From Candidatus Poseidoniales archaeon (GTDB taxonomy: Archaea > Thermoplasmatota > Poseidoniia > Poseidoniales > Poseidoniaceae), in NCBI GenBank assembly GCA_038106355.1, contig JAYODQ010000001.1:40683-104682 (forward strand): 64,000 bases of DNA. The letters run 5' to 3'. Made by a program: the position numbers and the translations under genes. The notes beneath the pieces were generated by a model. That model was not told where the DNA came from. It worked only from the letters and a program-made list of their open reading frames with translations, and made no database searches. Shown in pieces: positions 60,471-64,000 of this stretch. The number at the start of each line of letters is the position of its first letter. Positions within the stretch are counted from its first letter, which is position 1.

Positions 60471-61478
60471 TTATGTCCAAACGATTGGTGTTTGGTCAGT
60501 TCGAAGATACTGATCAATAGCACTTTGGTGTAATTCGGTTGTTCTCTTTTGAAGTTCTAACCATCCCAACCGAGCAATCATCGTTCCATTGTCGATGCAA
60601 TACATTTTGGGAGGAACAAAGGAATGCCCTCCTCGCTCCTCAGCCATCAATTTTGACATCGTCCTCATTCTTTCATTGCAAGCAACTCCTCCTCCAAGTA
60701 AAACCTCAGACTTTCCAGTGTGTGCTAGTGCCCGCTCGGCAACTTCTATGCAAGCTGCAAAGGCGTGTTCTTGAAGAGACCAACAGACAGCATCAAGCGG
60801 CTGTCCATTTTCTACAAGCCGTTGTGCAGCAGTCATAAGTCCAGAAAATGCAAGATCCATGCCACGAACGGCATACGGTAATTCAAGGCCTTCAAGTGTT
60901 GGATTTGTAACTCGTTCAAGATATTGCAGTGCTAATTTTTCAATAACGGGCCCACCGGGAAAGGGTATGCCATTGGACCTTGCAAATTTATCGAGCATGT
61001 TGCCAATGCCAATATCAAGTGTCTCACCAAGGACTCTGTATCTACCATTTAATCGTGCAATGACTTGCGTGTTTCCTCCTGAAACATAGAGCAAGACGGG
61101 ATCGTCGCAACCACATTGTTGCCGGCCTATCTCAATATGTGCTACGCAATGGTTCACACCTATGAGAGGCACCTGAAGAGCGGTAGACAGGCTTCGCGCT
61201 ACGGCGGCTCCAACACGTAAGCATGGACCCAATCCAGGTCCTTGTGAGTAGGAAATTGCACCAATATCCTCTATGCTAATGTTTTGACTTTCCAAGGCTC
61301 CTCGGAAAAGTTGTGCTGCCAAATCTTTGTGATGGTCAGCCGCTTCCCGAGGATGAATTCCTCCTTTCTCAGGTTTTATGGTATCAGATGTCGAGGGGTA
61401 AGGTATTCCTTCTGGGTCAACTAAGCCAAATGAGAATGTATGGGCGGTCGTCTCGATACCAACAGTCCATCCGTTCAT
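60471..61478 (-). CDS. kae1: tRNA N6-adenosine threonylcarbamoyltransferase Kae1 (KEOPS catalytic subunit)
   Basis: GIETTAHTFSFGLV start, HCVAHIEIG metal site, SGGVACNERM. 335 aa, not fused to Bud32. Confidence 0.85.
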   Translation of the reverse strand: MNGWTVGIETTAHTFSFGLVDPEGIPYPSTSDTIKPEKGGIHPREAADHHKDLAAQLFRGALESQNISIEDIGAISYSQGPGLGPCLRVGAAVARSLSTALQVPLIGVNHCVAHIEIGRQQCGCDDPVLLYVSGGNTQVIARLNGRYRVLGETLDIGIGNMLDKFARSNGIPFPGGPVIEKLALQYLERVTNPTLEGLELPYAVRGMDLAFSGLMTAAQRLVENGQPLDAVCWSLQEHAFAACIEVAERALAHTGKSEVLLGGGVACNERMRTMSKLMAEERGGHSFVPPKMYCIDNGTMIARLGWLELQKRTTELHQSAIDQYLRTDQTPIVWT

Positions 61479-61528
61479 ACATATCCGTGAAACCCATCAT
61501 TCTTGAACTCTCATGTATTGGAGCAATC

Positions 61529-62773
61529 ATGAGGCAGGTGTTTTTGAATTGTGGGACGATTGCTCACATGCAGAATTCATTGCTAGAATATACACCGTCC
61601 AATGAAAACAATATATTTCCTTCTGGAAAAGCAATTGTTGTTAATTCATCTATGATTGAGCAAATTACAGAATCTTCCGAGGCTGAAGAAGAATATGCTG
61701 GAACCGATGAAGTTCAAATTATCAACGTAGAGGGCCGTGGCATCATTCCAGGTTTTGTTGACACACATACGCATTTGTTATGGGCAGGCGATCGTAGCCA
61801 AGAGGTACGATTTCGAAATGAAGGTAAATCATATGCTGAAATTGAACAAATGGGTGGGGGAATTGCCCTCACCACTTCGCTTACTCGAAATGCTTCTCGG
61901 GAACAACTTATCGAGTCAGGATATGTTCGACTTAGGACGGCTTTATCCAATGGAACAACCCACATTGAAGCCAAAAGTGGGTATGGATTGAATGTTGAGT
62001 CGGAATTGAAAATCTTGGAATGTGGCCATCATTTATCACAAATAAATCACTTGCCCTCGATTCAACAAACTTGGTTGGGAGCACATTCATTTCCAAAAGA
62101 GTGCTCAAAGGAACAATACATGGATGAGTTGTTGAGTGAGCAATTACCACAAGTCGTTGACCAAGGATACGCCCAATCTGCAGATGTTTTTTGTGAGCCA
62201 GGTTGGTTCTCCGTTGAACAATCCGAAGAGATACTGAAGCAATCGCGTGCATCAGGTCTCCGATTAAGGATGCATATTGATGAATTTGAACATAGTGGCG
62301 GTGCTGATTTAGCAGCCGACCTCAACGTCGATACAGCAGATCACGCTTATTTTACACCATTGAATTCGCGTATTGGAATGAAAGAAGCTCAAGTAAATAC
62401 TGGCTGTTTACCGGGTGCACCCTATGTTTTAGGTCAAAAATTGCATGATTATTCAACGCTCCTTGAACACGAAATTCCATTTACTCTTGCGACAGACTTC
62501 AATCCAAACTGCCAATTTTTATCCTTGCCCCTCATCGGTTCACTTGCCGTACAAAGGTCTGGGCTCCATCCGTTAATGGCTTTGAAGTGTGTCACCTCTC
62601 AGGCAGCCCAAATCTCGATATTGGATAAGCAACATTCAAATGGTACAATTCAAGTAGGAGGTAAAGCAACATTCAATGTTCTTCACTCACCATATTGGGA
62701 GAGTTGGTGTCAGACCCCTGGTCATTCTCCCATTCATTCGACTTCTTTGGATGGCAAATATATTGTGCATTGA
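61529..62773 (+). CDS. hutI: Imidazolonepropionase-like amidohydrolase
   Basis: IIPGFVDTHTHLLWAGDRSQEVRFRNEGKSYAEIEQMGGGI is nearly colinear with the HutI N-terminus. Start set at ATG 61529, 50 nt from divergent kae1. Confidence 0.65.
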   Translation: MRQVFLNCGTIAHMQNSLLEYTPSNENNIFPSGKAIVVNSSMIEQITESSEAEEEYAGTDEVQIINVEGRGIIPGFVDTHTHLLWAGDRSQEVRFRNEGKSYAEIEQMGGGIALTTSLTRNASREQLIESGYVRLRTALSNGTTHIEAKSGYGLNVESELKILECGHHLSQINHLPSIQQTWLGAHSFPKECSKEQYMDELLSEQLPQVVDQGYAQSADVFCEPGWFSVEQSEEILKQSRASGLRLRMHIDEFEHSGGADLAADLNVDTADHAYFTPLNSRIGMKEAQVNTGCLPGAPYVLGQKLHDYSTLLEHEIPFTLATDFNPNCQFLSLPLIGSLAVQRSGLHPLMALKCVTSQAAQISILDKQHSNGTIQVGGKATFNVLHSPYWESWCQTPGHSPIHSTSLDGKYIVH

Positions 62774-62806
62774 GAAGTAAATAAATGCTGTTCAAACAAA
62801 TAATAA

Positions 62807-63160
62807 ATGATATTCAGTGATACTATGTATTGGGTAGAAACGGTTGTATGTTCTGGACTGGTAGGTAAAGACGCTCGATTGATGAGGATGCTTGAACTTC
62901 GCCAAGAATTCAAACGACGTCAAGAGGGGTGCGTCACAGCGTGGGTTGGGCGAAATCCAGATCAAAAAGAACTGTTTCTTGTTCATTCAGTTTTTGCCTC
63001 TGAGGAGGCATGGAGGGAGATTTCACAAAAAGCATTGGATCATCTCGATTCGAAAGACGGTGGAATAGAGTCCTTGTTGGCTGGGCCACCCCTCGTTGGA
63101 GTGTTTGAAGCTAAACCTGAGCATTTCACAAATTTTTCCGATGACCATAACGTCGCATAA
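62807..63160 (+). CDS. Hypothetical protein, possibly ABM (dimeric alpha+beta barrel) fold
   Basis: 117 aa. Weak resemblance only. Its stop codon lies inside a strong hairpin. Confidence 0.3.
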   Translation: MIFSDTMYWVETVVCSGLVGKDARLMRMLELRQEFKRRQEGCVTAWVGRNPDQKELFLVHSVFASEEAWREISQKALDHLDSKDGGIESLLAGPPLVGVFEAKPEHFTNFSDDHNVA

Positions 63161-63175
63161 TGTATGTTATGCGAC
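63152..63175 (+). terminator. Perfect 9-bp inverted repeat (GTCGCATAA / TTATGCGAC, 6-nt loop) overlapping the stop codon of the preceding ORF
   Basis: Read directly from the sequence. The stem can extend past a 2-nt bulge (ACG..CGT). There is no T-run after it, so its role as a terminator is uncertain. Confidence 0.25.
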
Positions 63176-63384
63176 ATCGTTCGCCTAACAGGGGCCTCTC
63201 CTTCCTCTTACTAATGGCCCATATCCTTGACGTACGCTCTTTTTTGAAGATTGACCTACTCGAATCGTTAAAAAAATTGAATTTTCATCCTTCGAGGGTA
63301 GCCTAAAGCGTTGGAAATAGCCCAAAAATTGAATTTATTCCGAAGTCTTGAAAAAACATGAACCAAAGGCGAACACGATAAGCG

Positions 63385-63537
63385 ATGAGTGAAGTGGAAG
63401 GATTCTGTCTCAAGTGCAAAACCTATGGGCCAATTCGAGATGGACAACTCGTACAAATGAACAATGGTCGTACCAGAATGGCTGGTCACTGTTCGCAAAG
63501 TGGATGCAACGGGAAGATATCAAAAATCGTCAAATGA
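63385..63537 (+). CDS. Small zinc-ribbon protein (50 aa, CxxC...CxxxxC), not in the ORF track
   Basis: ATG 63385 to TGA 63535-63537 encodes MSEVEGFCLKCKTYGPIRDGQLVQMNNGRTRMAGHCSQSGCNGKISKIVK. Four Cys in ribbon spacing. It is antisense to the listed 76-aa ORF. Confidence 0.45.
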   Translation: MSEVEGFCLKCKTYGPIRDGQLVQMNNGRTRMAGHCSQSGCNGKISKIVK

Positions 63538-63595
63538 TTTTACGAATTCATACCGAATCGGTTTAATACGCTCTGTTGGTGGGTTAACTTGCGTC

Positions 63596-63671
63596 GGGCT
63601 TGTGGTCTAGGGGTTATGACGTCGCCTTGACATGGCGAAGATCGAGAGTTCAATTCTCTCCGAGCCCACCA
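63596..63671 (+). tRNA. tRNA-Val (anticodon GAC) with genomically encoded CCA
   Basis: Acceptor GGGCUUG/CGAGCCC (one G-U pair). D-arm GUC..GAC. Anticodon stem UCGCC/GGCGA with loop UUGACAU. T-arm GAGAG-UUCAAUU-CUCUC. Discriminator A, then CCA. Confidence 0.85.
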
Positions 63672-63708
63672 ATGAAATACTATTACTTGTTGTTGGAACA
63701 AGGAAAAA

Positions 63709-63999
63709 TCAATTTTCAGTAATGACCTCATCATCTGGAATAATAATTTCCGCGGTTTTCTTGAGAGGTAGTGGTGGCGTATCATCCTCGAAACTGAAAT
63801 CCGTATTCCCCCCCTCCCAATGAATGACATCATCCGATTCTTCGAATGATTCATCTGGCATGGATTGATTCGGGCGAATCGAGTAATTGACAGGGTCGAT
63901 CATTTGATTTGAATATCTCTCCACTTCTTCTGGAGTTGGGGCTTTCCTTTCTTCAAGAATTCTACCAGAATGGAATGTACCGCATTCCGGGCACCTCAA
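63709..63999 (-). CDS. Small acidic protein with N-terminal zinc-ribbon (CPECGTFH); may extend beyond the window edge
   Basis: The ORF runs to the window end with a listed TTG start. N-terminal CxxC motif. Convergent with tRNA-Val. Confidence 0.35.
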   Translation of the reverse strand: MRCPECGTFHSGRILEERKAPTPEEVERYSNQMIDPVNYSIRPNQSMPDESFEESDDVIHWEGGNTDFSFEDDTPPLPLKKTAEIIIPDDEVITEN

Positions 64000-64000
64000 A

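Noticed and set aside
63268-63498. 76-aa ORF on the minus strand
   Set aside because: It is antisense to a cleaner 50-aa zinc-ribbon ORF with an ATG start and canonical Cys spacing, and has no features of its own.
63540-63854. 104-aa ORF on the minus strand
   Set aside because: It overlaps the whole tRNA-Val gene, and its Arg-rich product is typical of an antisense tRNA translation artefact.
1-64000. CRISPR arrays, cas genes, transposases, integrases, phage genes
   Set aside because: Reading intergenic regions and the ORF list shows no regularly spaced direct repeats, no Cas/transposase/integrase-like proteins, and no abrupt compositional island apart from the SRP RNA. tRNA-Val sits at the window edge, but nothing integrase-like flanks it inside the window.

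Overview
This reads as a dense archaeal chromosomal segment of about 64 genes at roughly 40% GC. Archaeal identity rests on r-proteins S19e/L39e/L31e/S17e, Kae1, tRNA-splicing endonuclease, archease, geranylgeranyl reductase and a PDCD5-like DNA-binding protein. The many giant calcium-binding (thrombospondin type 3) surface proteins suggest a planktonic euryarchaeon of the Marine Group II type, but that is inference. Confident housekeeping genes are serine hydroxymethyltransferase, aminopeptidase P, topoisomerase IA, dihydroorotate dehydrogenase, transhydrogenase PntAB, malate dehydrogenase, methylmalonyl-CoA mutase plus epimerase, SlyD, HutI, an ABC-2 exporter, and a FolE-QueE-QueC-QueD preQ0 (archaeosine precursor) cluster. 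Two RNA genes are not in the ORF track: a GC-rich SRP (7S) RNA at about 23676-23976 and tRNA-Val(GAC) with encoded CCA at 63596-63671. The most unusual features are:
- QueC that has lost its zinc-binding cysteines and is fused in frame to MsrB.
- A Tat-linked operon: a KR-motif secreted protein, TatC with a Cys/His-rich C-terminal extension, and an anchored HExxH metalloprotease.
- A translationally coupled FMN-reductase / FGE-like / ArsC-like trio with a convergent PqqD-like gene.
- An orphan CcmE-like protein with the archaeal CxxxY motif.
- Archease and a long-form tRNA splicing endonuclease bracketing a sugar kinase and a wHTH-TerB-repeat regulator.
- Two giant TSP3-repeat surface proteins.
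I saw no CRISPR array, transposase, integrase or obvious mobile element. Everything was read by eye, so homology calls and internal start coordinates are estimates.
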